From Octopus bimaculoides (lineage: Eukaryota): DNA of 64,000 nucleotides. The stretch is from the NCBI RefSeq assembly GCF_001194135.2, contig NC_068986.1, positions 97,378,698 through 97,442,697 of the forward strand, given 5' to 3'. The translations under genes were made by a program, and so were the position numbers. Below, piece after piece: positions 26,527-38,224 of this stretch (position 1 is the stretch's first letter; the number at the start of each line of letters is the position of its first letter). The notes under the pieces were generated by a model. The model saw only the letters and a list, made by a program, of their open reading frames with translations, ran no database searches and was not told the origin of the DNA.

Positions 26527-26535
26527 ATCTATCTA

Positions 26536-26603
<68 letters not shown>

Positions 26604-26618
26604 GCCTGCCTGTCTGTC
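26468..26618. repeat. (TATC)n flanked by (TGTC/TGCC)n
   Basis: Directly visible. Confidence 0.95.
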
Positions 26619-26739
26619 TGTTTTTTTAAACTGTAAAAGGTAAATTCGAACTAAGTTGGTGACTACGTCTTTATTTACAATTTTATATTTCTTAATTATT
26701 TCTTTGTGTAGAAGCTTATGGTATAGATCTACATCTACA

Positions 26740-28440
26740 TTGTAGGTGGTCTTTACCGCGACGACGCACTATTTTAAATTAGAAATACCTCCAAAAGAAA
26801 AATTCAGCTATATAAAAAAATATTACGTAACTTCTTCAAAAACCGAAGTCTTCTCATCACCATTGAAAGAGATTACAACCCAGTGAACTTCTTAGACGAT
26901 AACTTTAACCTTAATACATCCTCTTATCAACCTTGCCATAAACCTAACAATAATATCACACGCATACATGCACAAAGTAGCCATCCTTATAATATATCAT
27001 TAAAATTCAGCCTCTAACAAAGAAAGTTGAATTAACTTATTATCATCCAATGAGGAGATCTTTAACAAGCACAAATACTACTATAATCTAGCACTTAAAA
27101 TGACAGTATACACATATCGAATTAAGTACAACAAAAACAATAGCACCTATTCTAATTATTCCAATAATTATGTAGATAAGAACAATCCCAACCATATTAC
27201 TGAACCCACATCAACTGGTAAATTAGTAAACCCCGATACACAATTACATTCTCTCAATAATAATCATCAGCAATACATTAGCAACAGACACAAAAACTAC
27301 AACTACAATAAACATCATAATAATAAACTCTATAAATATGAGCACCATAACCATAGCCTCAATAATAGAACGAATAACACTAATTTGATCAACTCACAAA
27401 TCACCAAATACACTGTTAATAATGTAATTAAACCCAAGCCTTCTGACAATAAATACTGAAAACAAATAGATATAGATAGAAATAAGAACATGAAACCTAC
27501 ACACTTAAAAAACCAAACGTATCCTACTACATCTCATCGTTCTAATATTTCACATAACCGCATAAATCATATTAATAAAGTTGCGAATAATATAGAAAAA
27601 AAAAAGAAACCTATACCATATATAAGAATAGATGACCCACAAAATATAAACTACTACGATAATTAAGAAAACAACAATAACATCATTAGGATCAAAATTC
27701 CACTTGCAAAACATCTAAAATCTAATTTTATTAAATCCATTAGAAACATTATCAAAAGAAACTTTAAAAACTCCAAATATGCAAAAATATCTAATAACAA
27801 AATGATCAAGTTTGGACTTTCAGTATCTCCAAACCTATTTAGGATCATCTCTTCATTTAACAATAGGAAACTAGACTTAGACCAATTCTGTAATAAAAAT
27901 AACTCCTTCTAATACACATACTAACCCCAATAATTTCATATCTGATACCAACAATTATCAGAATAACCAAACTTCAATTACTCCTAATACATTTTGACAT
28001 AACACTAGAGAACCAACTATTAATTCTAATTGTAATTGTAGAAATCCGAATACTTGTGAGGTAGATGGTAACTGTAAAATGAAAGATGTAGTATACTAAG
28101 CAACAATTACTATCCATCAACTCTAAATTTACTTACATCGGATGTACACAAAATTCTTTCAAATTATGATTAAATAATCAAAGATCATCGTTTAATACCC
28201 CTAGAAAAAAATAGCACAGGTCTATACAAAAAGGTTTGGCAACTGAAAAGAACCAATGCAGATTACTCGATTTCTTGGAAAATACTTTCTTCAGCTCCAT
28301 CTTATAGACATAACAAGATCTGCAAATTATGCCTCGAAGAAAGTTAAAAAATAAAGAAAATGAACGGTTTCCTATAAATTCGAGAGACGAAAAAAGTTCT
28401 TTGTTGCAGACATATGTCAAAATTACTTTCTATTAGTCTT
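26740..28440 (+). mobile_element. Penelope-like element: RT C-terminal half, linker and GIY-YIG endonuclease, pseudogenised
   Basis: GGLYRDDALF (YRDD), VNFLDDNFNLNTSSYQPCHKPNN, SSHP, LSSNEEIFNKHKYYYNLALK, then KMIKFGLSVSPNLFRIISSFNNRKL, NCNCRNPNTCEVDGNCKMKDVVY, YIGCTQNSF, WKILSSAPSY and CKLCLEES. Confidence 0.9.
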
Positions 28441-28799
28441 AAATAATCTTTCCACACCCTACCTAAACGACTTTCATCTTATTCCTTCTCCGTATATTTT
28501 AGTTTTTTGTATAATACATAACTCTATATTATTACTACCTATATATGATTTCTATTCTACATTACTCTCTACTTTAATTATCTTACACTACTTGGATATT
28601 CGTATGTTATTCTACCATCCCCACCTATATGTTGTATGAATTTCATTTTATTAATATCAAACGTATACCAAATATTCATATACCTTCCCCTCTTTCTCAA
28701 TATATATATTTTTACACAATGTTAGGACCGTTACTTCATATACATTATTTGTATGTAATCTATTTTTTCACAATATGTACTTAGAAAAACTTGTCTCAC

Positions 28800-28823
28800 T
28801 TATTCTAAATATTATTATTATTC

Positions 28824-28882
<59 letters not shown>

Positions 28883-29356
28883 ATTATTATTATTATTATT
28901 ATTATCATCATCATCATTATCATCATTATTATTGTTGTTATTATTATTATTATTATTGTTCAGTAGTTTTATTTTTATAACGTGCTTTCACTTCACTACC
29001 GAGCGCAGCTCTGTGCGCCTTGGGTATGTGCTCGAAGAAAGTAACACACCGACATCGTTTGTCAAGCTATCGTGTGGATACAGACACACAAACACACACA
29101 TATGTGGTGCTCTTATGTTTACTGTATTGAAAGTGTTTTGCGTAGAATGTGTGCAGTACCCAGTAGTGCAATTTTCTGTATGTTATATATATTTGTAAGT
29201 CCTGGTGTTTTTGTTATGTATTTGTCTGAATATTTTTTTATTATACCTAAGGCACCTACTATGATAGGAATTGTTTCTGTTTTTAGACTCCACATTCGAG
29301 TTATCTCTATTTCCAGGTCTTTGTATTTTGAAAGTTTTTCCATTTCTTTTGAGAAA
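28800..29356 (-). mobile_element. R4/Dong-type RLE LINE, 5'-truncated (family A), with (TAA)n tail and a 70-bp templated insertion in the 3' UTR
   Basis: ORF 29119-29343 EKLSKYKDLEIEITRMWSLKTETIPIIVGALG...GTAHILRKTLSIQ*. The 3' UTR is near-identical to 34290-34400 and 60750-60860 except at 29033-29102. Confidence 0.93.
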
Positions 29357-29433
29357 GAGGAGAAGGTATATGAATATTTCGTATACGTTTGATATTAATA
29401 TTATTATTATTATTATCATTATTATTATTAATA

Positions 29434-29508
<75 letters not shown>

Positions 29509-29708
29509 CATTAACTATTGCCAATATGTATGAAACTTTTTACTTTTTACTATTCATATATGCCAACACGTTTCTAATACTTTTTCGGTGACTATTCTGC
29601 CCTTATATATCTTTTGTATTATTCTTTCCCCCCTCTTTTCTTCTTTCTTATTCGTAACCTATACTATTTGTATAATATNNNNNNNNNNNNNNNNNNNNNN
29701 NNNNNNNN

Positions 29709-29743
<35 letters not shown>

Positions 29744-30721
29744 ATGTATGTATGTATGTATGTATGTATGCATGTATGCATGCATGTATATTTAAAATTT
29801 TCTACGCATGATCTCGGGTCACGTTATCCCTGAATCAAGTATATCTCTGATTACAAAGTAAAATAGCAAAATAGGCAACTTTGGATGACAGACTTATAGG
29901 AAAATTTGCTTCGGAAAGATTTTGCCAAAAGAAAAAAAATTCTCGAAAGATAATGAAAACTTAAATAAAAAATTAGATTCCTTACAAAACAGATGATTGC
30001 GTATCGATTTTCTAGATAGAATCGGGAACACTATTTTATTGTATAATTGACCACCATTTCTACGTTCTTATGAGACTTCGCTATAAGTGGTTTATACGTA
30101 GAACTCCAGTTAGAACGTATGACTTATAATGATATATGATCATTTACTAACGTCAGTTATTCGCCTATTGCTATTTTGCTCCAATGTCTATAAATTCTTC
30201 AGTCGATTATATCGATTCTAGAAGTTATTCTGTTTCTTTTATAGACAACTATTAATCGAATGGCTAATTCCATTTTTCGAATACAGCGACATAACCACGC
30301 GCTAAATGTCCTCGTCACGCCAATTTTCACCGGTACGCTTTTGGTTCTCCATCGAATACGATGTTGGCTGTTTTTCATACATTTGTGGAGAATTTTATAT
30401 CCCAATACATAAAGTCCACCTTCAGTTGCAGAAGGTCAGTAAATGTTTGTTGATGGACAAGTCCTACCTCGGCATATATATGTCTTTTCATGCCTCTCCT
30501 GATTTTGCAGAGTCTCCTTCTCTCCTATAAAACCAATACTTTTTCAAAAGTGAGACCACTTAAATGAGGAGTGGGCAGCGGTGTCTCCCTTCTTAGGAAG
30601 ATTCATTATGCACCTTTTTAAGCTGATTATAACTGAACTTCAAAACTTCGTTTTCTTCTCTATCCAGACGTTCAGCAAATTTTACATTTTCGTAAATCAT
30701 CTTACTTCCAAGACAAATGTC

Positions 30722-30940
30722 AGCCACGTAAACACACCGACATCGTTTGTCAAGCTATCGTGTGGATACAGACGCACAAACACACACATATACGACGGGC
30801 TTCATTCAGGCTCCGTCTTCCAAATCCACTCACAAATCCACACATTGGTCGGTGTGAGGCTATAGTAGAAGACACTTGCCCATGGTGCCACGCAGTGGGA
30901 CTGAAGCAGGAACCATGTGGTTGGTAAGCAAGCTACTTGG
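30722..30940 (-). mobile_element. tRNA-derived SINE, 5' half
   Basis: Minus strand aagtagcttgcttaccaaccacatggttcctgcttcagtcccactgcgtggcaccatgggcaagtgtcttctactatagcctc (tRNA-like head), then gaagcccgtcgtatatgtgtgtg. Confidence 0.85.
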
Positions 30941-31685
30941 ATATCCTTTACTCAGAAAAAGAAATAGGGATTAGTGTCAAAGATGCAAATANNNNNNNNN
31001 NNNNNNNNNNNNNNNNNNNNNNNNNNNNNNNNNNNNNNNNNNNNNNNNNNNNNNNNNNTATATATATATATATTAATCGTGCCATGCGCACATTTATTGT
31101 GGTTTTAGAGTCAGGATTAGACTGCTATTTTTTCAGCGTGGGGTATCTCTTGATACCCTGTATTATAATTTTAAATAATTATTACCTTTGATGGTTTTTA
31201 TTCCCATGCTGACCACTTGATAAGATCAATATTTTAAATATCGATCTTATCCTTATTTATATAAATATATATATAGATAGATAGATATGTTGTAATATAC
31301 ATGTATATAATACACACAGACACACACAAGTATATATATGCATGTATGTATGTATGTACGTATATATGTATTGTATGCGATCGTGTTCTGTTTTCAGAAG
31401 CAGGATATGTGAATTATATGAAGTCATATGAAAATCGAAACCCTCATACAAAACTTGTATGACTTAACCTGGACTTAAAAGATATATGTAGTTCGCAAAA
31501 ACATCCCTTCGGAATCAGATTGCCGAGAAATTTGAATACTATCTGTCACTTGTGTTTCAAACCCTATCTGACAGTAGCTGGTTTGAGGGACCATCGACAG
31601 ATTGATTGTGGTGTGTGATGGCGTACGATGGCGTATGACGTGTGTGTTGATGGTACAACTATCATCTGTCAAGATGAAGCAAGCG

Positions 31686-31716
<31 letters not shown>

Positions 31717-32159
31717 NNNNNNNNNNNNNNNNNNNNNNNNNNNNNNNNNNNNNNNNNNNNNNNNNNNNNNNNNNNNNNNNNNNNNNNNNNNNNNNNNNNN
31801 NNNNNNNNNNNNNNNNNNNNNNNNNNNNNNNNNNNNNNNNNNNNNNNNNNNNNNNNNNNNNNNNNNNNNNNNNNNNNNNNNNNNNNNNNNNNNNNNNNNN
31901 NNNNNNNNNNNNNNNNNNNNNNNNNNNNNNNNNNNNNNNNNNNNNNNNNNNNNNNNNNNNNNNNNNNNNNNNNNNNNNNNNNNNNNNNNNNNNNNNNNNN
32001 NNNNNNNNNNNNNNNNNNNNNNNNNNNNNNNNNNNNNNNNNNNNNNNNNNGCGTGTGTTTGTGAATGTACGAAATTGACATAACGTGAATGCAAAAGGTG
32101 TCATGACAATGTGGCAAGAATGATCCACCGGTAGCGTTGTTGAAATTATCGTCTAGAAA

Positions 32160-32653
32160 GATCAAAGACAGTATGACTAAATCCCAGAGTGAGTTACTGA
32201 GAATAAGGATTGTAAAATCCTATGGGATTCAATAATTCAGTGTGACCATCAGATTAAACATAAAAAAAAAACCTGACATTACTGTAATGAACAGAAAAGA
32301 AAAAAAAAACAAACCTGATAATTGACTTAGCAGAGAAAAAAAGAAGTAAAACTGAACGACTATGATGAATGGAGGTGGGAATTACGCAGGTTGTGGGCAA
32401 TGAAGAGAATGGGCGTGATAGAAATAGTGATTAGTGCACTTGGAAGTATCAGAACACAACTACCAACGTAGTTCAAAAAGATGGGAACGAGTGTAAAGAT
32501 AGAACATCTATAAAAATCCTCATTGCTTGTAACTTAAAGAATCTTCCGTAGGGTTCTTGAAGCATGATCAGTAAACAAGTTTCACCATAATCTACAAGGT
32601 GTGAACAGCTGGCACGTTCCATGATATCCAGCAAAATAAAGCTGAGGTTTTTC

Positions 32654-32711
<58 letters not shown>

Positions 32712-32715
32712 TGAT
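32160..32715 (+). mobile_element. R4/Dong-type RLE LINE 3' end (family E) with (TAA)n tail
   Basis: VTENKDCKILWDSIIQCDHQIKH..KPDITV, WELRRLWAMKRMGVIEIVISALG, IFRRVLEA*; (TAA)n at 32656-32715. Confidence 0.85.
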
Positions 32716-32744
32716 GATAAACGCTCCCTTCAATGGCGACGTAT

Positions 32745-33006
32745 GAGCATTCAGCTTTTTGCAGAACGAACGGCATAAATGATTTGTCTACAGTGGTCAA
32801 ATCTTCGTACCGCACATTGGCCCACTTTCTCCAAATCGACGTTGTTTGAACAGGTGCACAGTGACCACTCGTCAGGTGTTGAAGTGAACGCAGATCAACG
32901 TGAGATGAATTGTTTTCCACAAGAACATAACACATCAGCCGGTCTAGGAATTAAAATCTCAATCGCTAAATCAAGAGTGCAATAGCCTAACTATGCCATG
33001 CACCCT

Positions 33007-33008
<2 letters not shown>
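32745..33008 (-). mobile_element. Decayed tRNA-derived SINE with CORE-like segment
   Basis: Minus strand ggtgcatggcatagttagg...ttaattcctagaccgg...gttcttgtggaaaacaattcatctcacgttgatctgcgttcac. Confidence 0.55.
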
Positions 33009-33068
<60 letters not shown>

Positions 33069-33071
<3 letters not shown>

Positions 33072-34394
33072 ATCCTTAACTGGACACTAAACGAACTATC
33101 TAAAATAGACAGAAAAAACAAGAAAAATAATGACAGGATATAGGATGCATCACCCAAAATCTGACATAGGAAGGCTATATATACAACACACAGAAGGTGG
33201 CAGGGGTCTTATACAGCTGGAAAACTATTATAAAATAACCACCATAGCACTGCAAAAATACCTACTCCAGAAGCAAGGAAAATTAATACANNNNNNNNNN
33301 NNNNNNNNNNNNNNNNNNNNNNNNNNNNNNNNNNNNNNNNNNNNNNNNNNNNNNNNNNNNNNNNNNNNNNNNNNNNNNNNNNNNNNNNNNNNNNNNNNNN
33401 NNNNNNNNNNNNNNNNNNNNNNNNNNNNNNNNNNNNNNNNNNNNNNNNNNNNNNNNNNNNNNNNNNNNNNNNNNNNNNNNNNNNNNNNNNNNNNNNNNNN
33501 NNNNNNNNNNNNNNNNNNNNNNNNNNNNNNNNNNNNNNNNNNNNNNNNNNNNNNNNNNNNNNNNNNNNNNNNNNNNNNNNNNNNNNNNNNNNNNNNNNNN
33601 NNNNNNNNNNNNNNNNNNNNNNNNNNNNNNNNNNNNNNNNNNNNNNNNNNNNNNNNNNNNNNNNNNNNNNNNNNNNNNNNNNNNNNNNNNNNNNNNNNNN
33701 NNNNNNNNNNNNNNNNNNNNNNNNNNNNNNNNNNNNNNNNNNNNNNNNNNNNNNNNNNNNNNNNNNNNNNNNNNNNNNNNNNNNNNNNNNNNNNNNNNNN
33801 NNNNNNNNNNNNNNNNNNNNNNNNNNNNNNNNNNNNNNNNNNNNNNNNNNNNNNNNNNNNNNNNNNNNNNNNNNNNNNNNNNNNNNNNNNNNNNNNNNNN
33901 NNNNNNNNNNNNNNNNNNNNNNNNNNNNNNNNNNNNNNNNNNNNNNNNNNNNNNNNNNNNNNNNNNNNNNNNNNNNNNNNNNNNNNNNNNNNNNNNNNNN
34001 NNNNNNNNNNNNNNNNNNNNNNNNNNNNNNNNNNNNNNNNNNNNNNNNNNNNNNNNNNNNNNNNNNNNNNNNNNNNNNNNNNNNNNNNNNNNNNNNNNNN
34101 NNNNNNNNNNNNNNNNNNNNNNNNNNNNNNNNNNNNNNNNNNGAAACAATTCCTATTATAGTAGGTGCCTTAGGTATAATAAAAAATATTCAGACAAATA
34201 CATAACAAAAACACCAGGACTTACAAATATATATAACATACAGAAAATTGCACTACTTGGCAGAGCACACATCCTACGCAAAACACTTTCAATACAGTAA
34301 CCATAAGAGCACCACAGCAAACCACAGCACATACCCAAGGCGCACAGAGCTGCGCTCGGTAGTGAAGTGAAAGCTCGTTATAAAAATAAAACTA

Positions 34395-34458
<64 letters not shown>
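33069..34458 (+). mobile_element. R4/Dong-type RLE LINE (family A), 5'-truncated, spanning a gap, flanked by (TAA)n on both sides
   Basis: ILNWTLNELSKIDRK, MHHPKSDIGRLYIQHTEGGRGLIQLE; after the gap ETIPIIVGALG...HILRKTLSIQ*, 3' UTR and (TAA)n. Confidence 0.9.
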
Positions 34459-34459
<1 letters not shown>

Positions 34460-36196
34460 GAATTACAAGGAGGGAAGAAACAAAGGAATAATGTCATAAG
34501 CACGGCTGAAGTGAAAGAATAAGTGGGTAAAGTGCCTAACTGGGAAGGCCCCGGATCAGACTTTTGGCTGAAGCGATGCCACGCGGTGCATGAAATACTA
34601 GCAGCCCAATTGAATGAGTGCGTTCAGAAAGTACACTACCCGCGTGAATGGTGAGTGGGAGGACAAAACTTATAATGAAAGATAGAATGAAAGATAAAAG
34701 AAAGGGGAATATTGTGGGGAAACTACCGCCCCTTATCATGCCTAAACATAATCTGGAAGATACTTACTGGAATATGTGCGACAGTGACATATTCATTCCT
34801 GGCACAGGAAGAAATACTGCCAAGGGAAAAAAAGGATGTAGAAAGAGTTCTAAGTGTACTAAGGATCACCTGGTCATCGATAAAACAGTTTTGAGGCATT
34901 GTAAAAAAAGCATCATGCAAACATGTCTATGGCTTGGATTCACCTTAAGAAGGCATATGATATGATGCCTCATTCTTGGATCGTTGAATTCTTGCAGATG
35001 TTTGGTGTTGCTGACAACATCGCAAATTTTCTGATGCATAGCACGAAAGAGTAGAAAACCAAATTATATTCAAGTAATGTATTCCTTGGAGAAGGTAATA
35101 TTAAAAGGAGGAATCTTCCAAGGTGACCTGTTTCCTCCGTTACTATTTGTAATTGCACTAACATCCATAACAATGATACTTAGGAATGTTAAGATGGGTT
35201 ACCAATGTGGGAAGAAAGGCACATCATTGAACCATCTTCTGTTAATGGATTCAGCTAAAATTGGGAAATCTGAAAAACAGATAGATTCCTTAACCAAAAC
35301 AGTCCAGAAGTGTGGTAGGGACTTCGGTATGGAATTTGAGATTACCAAATTGAAGAGAGCAGCCTGCAGAGGATTGCGGTTACCATCAGGAGAGAACATG
35401 GGTGAGCCCGAGGGTAGAGGGTATAGATATTGAAGGATGTTGGAGCTGCATGACATTCTACACAGAGGATGAAAATCATGGTCAGCGAGCCGTATAAAAA
35501 GAGGGTGAAGATGGTGTTGAAATCCAACCTGAATGCCAAAAATTTGATTACCGCAATAAATATCTGGTCAGTTGCGGTGGTCAGATATAGTGCGTCTATC
35601 CTAAAATGGACTAAGGAGGAAATATCAACACTGAATAGAAGGACGAGAAGGTTGACGACGCTGCATGGGGAGCTACACCCTAAAGCAAAACGTAGACAGA
35701 CTGTATATGTAAAGAAAGGATGGTGGCAGAGGACTAAGTACAGACCATCGTATAAGGAGTGAAAGGAGATCGCTTGCCGAGTATTTGATAAATAATGATG
35801 AAGACCTGCTGCAGTATACTGCGAAATATATAGATGTAAATACAGATGGAATGATGGGCAAGGAAGAGTTTAACCAAAGACCCGAGGAGAAGAGAAAAGA
35901 AGACCTTCTTGAAATGGTCAGTATGAAAGGACAGTATGAAAGGAATACACAGGACGTTAAGGATAATAAAGCATCGTGGGCATGGCTTGGGTGAGGTGAT
36001 TTGAAGCCTACCACCGAAAGCCTGATCATTGCTGAACAAGACCAGGCTCTCGCTACCAAGTCAGTGAAGTATAACATGTATAAAACTTCTGATACCCAGA
36101 ATTGCGGGCTCTGTGGAAAGAGAGTGGAAAATGTGACCCACTTGGTAAGTGGATGTGCGAGGCTTGCACAAAAAGAATACAAGCGCCGCCACGATA

Positions 36197-36254
<58 letters not shown>

Positions 36255-36720
36255 ATCTTCATTTGTTCTTATGCCGTAAATACCAATATCAAACAACAGA
36301 GAACTGGTATGATCATGTACCAAATAAAGTTATGCCGGAGGATGGAAAAGTAACGACATGAATATTGTCATTTTGAATAAGAGAGACAAATACTGTCAGA
36401 TCATTGATTTAGCCATACCAAATAACATGAATGTTGTGAGTAAAGTGGTTGAAAAAAATCACCAAATACTCCGAATTGATAGTGGAAATGACAAGACTGT
36501 ATGGAGTGCGAGAGCGTAATGTAAAAGTGATTCTAGTGGTGATAAGAGCTTAAGGCAATCCCATGCAAGATTGATGTGTTGCAAAAAGCATCCTTATTGG
36601 GCACAGCACCCATCTTAAGGAAAGTATTATCTGTCTGAGGTCCTTGTGACTTGACAGATGACTAAAGACTCCGGTGCATTTGTACCTACACTGTAATGTC
36701 ATTTTCTGTTAGTGTGACGC
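34459..36720 (+). mobile_element. R4/Dong-type RLE LINE (family B): RT, thumb, CCHC knuckle and RLE, heavily frameshifted
   Basis: NWEGPG, NYRPLSCLNIIWKILTGI, KDHLVIDK, AYDMMPHSWI, GIFQGDLFPPLLFVIAL, NHLLLMD, KSNLNAKNLITAINIWSVAVVRYS, LKPTTESLIIAEQDQALAT, CGLCGKRVENVTHLVSGC, RHDKV, IIDLAIP, LLGTAPILRKVLSV*. Confidence 0.93.
36199..36250. repeat. (GT)26 microsatellite inside the LINE coding sequence
   Basis: Lies between RHDK (cgccacgataaa) and atgtatcttcatttg (MYLHL). Confidence 0.95.
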
Positions 36721-36999
36721 TTACAATCAACCCATATTCTACCGTGAAGATAAGCGGACGCAGGAAGAATCATCACCATCATTGTCCCTTACTCTTACGT
36801 CAGGTCATCTATTTTCGCACTAATCTGAAGTAGGTGTATGACGCATTAATTAGGCTTCCATTTGTGCCTTTTCAGGTACTCAGATTTGGATGCAGAAATA
36901 GAATTATGTAATTTTCTGTCTTGCCTGATCCTTGCTAAATCTATTATGATAATAGGATTTCTCTCTTGTAACAAAATGTGGTCACATTTGTTTGGTTTG

Positions 37000-37700
37000 A
37001 CTGGGCTTATGAGTAGCTTTATCGTTAGCTTGTAATAATTATTACAAGTTAGCAGTGCTTTGTTAATATCGTATAAACTTGCGCCATTGTTGCCGGTATA
37101 TCTTTATAAAGTGCAGGTTAACATTCTTTTGGTCAAGTTGTGACTGTATACATTTGTTTCATTCGGCTTCTTTTTCATCATCCTTTAAAATTCTGTTTGT
37201 CAGTCTTAAAAGTTTCTTTCGTCTACTCGATAATTCTATTTTTCCTTCGGGTCATATCTAGTACTATTTTCTATATTGTTAGTGCCTCTTACCATTTCTT
37301 CAGTAGAAGCTATATTGAATTAAATATAAACACAAACTTTTCTTCAAAAAAACTAGATGTCTACAAGGCAGACCTATATTAAGAGTAAATATACTCTTTC
37401 TATGTGAGATTTTCAGTGGTATCTTCTAAATACTATAATTTCTTTCCTTGTTTTTCCATCTAGTCTTGATACTTCAATTAACATTTGAGAGTATTATAAC
37501 TAAATTACCACTAAGACAGCTAAAATATTACTTCCTTTTTTTTTGTCTCTACTCTTCTTTTGTTTAAGTATTCATCTATTGCGTCTATAATATTTCTTCC
37601 TATATTTTATTTTCATTTAAGTTTTTTGTTCGCTATTTATTTCATTGTTTCTTCTGATTTCTGAAGTTGTGTTTTGCCCAGTTTTCTTATCTCAGTTCTT
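37000..37700 (-). mobile_element. Highly decayed RLE LINE thumb-region fragment
   Basis: Weak translated similarity (EVSRLDGKTRKEL); its 5' side abuts (TAA)n at 37705. Confidence 0.35.
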
Positions 37701-37704
37701 TTAT

Positions 37705-37713
37705 TATCTCGTA

Positions 37714-37786
<73 letters not shown>

Positions 37787-37810
37787 AACAACAGCAAGAA
37801 CAACAACAGC

Positions 37811-37844
<34 letters not shown>

Positions 37845-37846
37845 CC

Positions 37847-37888
<42 letters not shown>

Positions 37889-37890
37889 AA
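37705..37890. repeat. Compound (TTA)n-(ACA)n microsatellite
   Basis: Directly visible. Confidence 0.97.
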
Positions 37891-38019
37891 TTGGTATTCC
37901 TCTCTCTAAGGTTGTCTTGGTGCATTTTAAAATCTGAGTCTAGTATCAATTCCTCTCGTGAATTTGGGTTTAGTCTACACTAATGTTTCTTGTTGTTCTA
38001 AATCACCGTAGATAAACCA

Positions 38020-38218
38020 AATGAAATAAAAGAATTAGACCAAAGCCAGACAAACAAATATTTAGGAATCAATGAACTAGATGCGATACAGCACACACAA
38101 ATGAATGAGGAAATAAAAAAAGAATACTATAGACGGGTTAGATTAATACTGAAAACAGAGCTCAATGCCAAAAGCAAGATAATAGGTATCAACACTTTAG
38201 CCGTCCCAGTTATAAGTC
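38020..38218 (+). mobile_element. RLE LINE internal fragment (RT end and thumb)
   Basis: KYLGINELDAIQHTQMNEEIKKEYYRRVRLILKTELNAKSKIIGINTLAVPVIS. Confidence 0.85.
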
Positions 38219-38224
38219 TATCCA

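Noticed and set aside
30200-30720. Protein-like minus-strand frames
   Set aside because: Multiple stops and no recognisable family motif.
30880-30940. tRNA gene
   Set aside because: tRNA-like head continues into a SINE body; no complete cloverleaf. The same applies to the other SINE heads.
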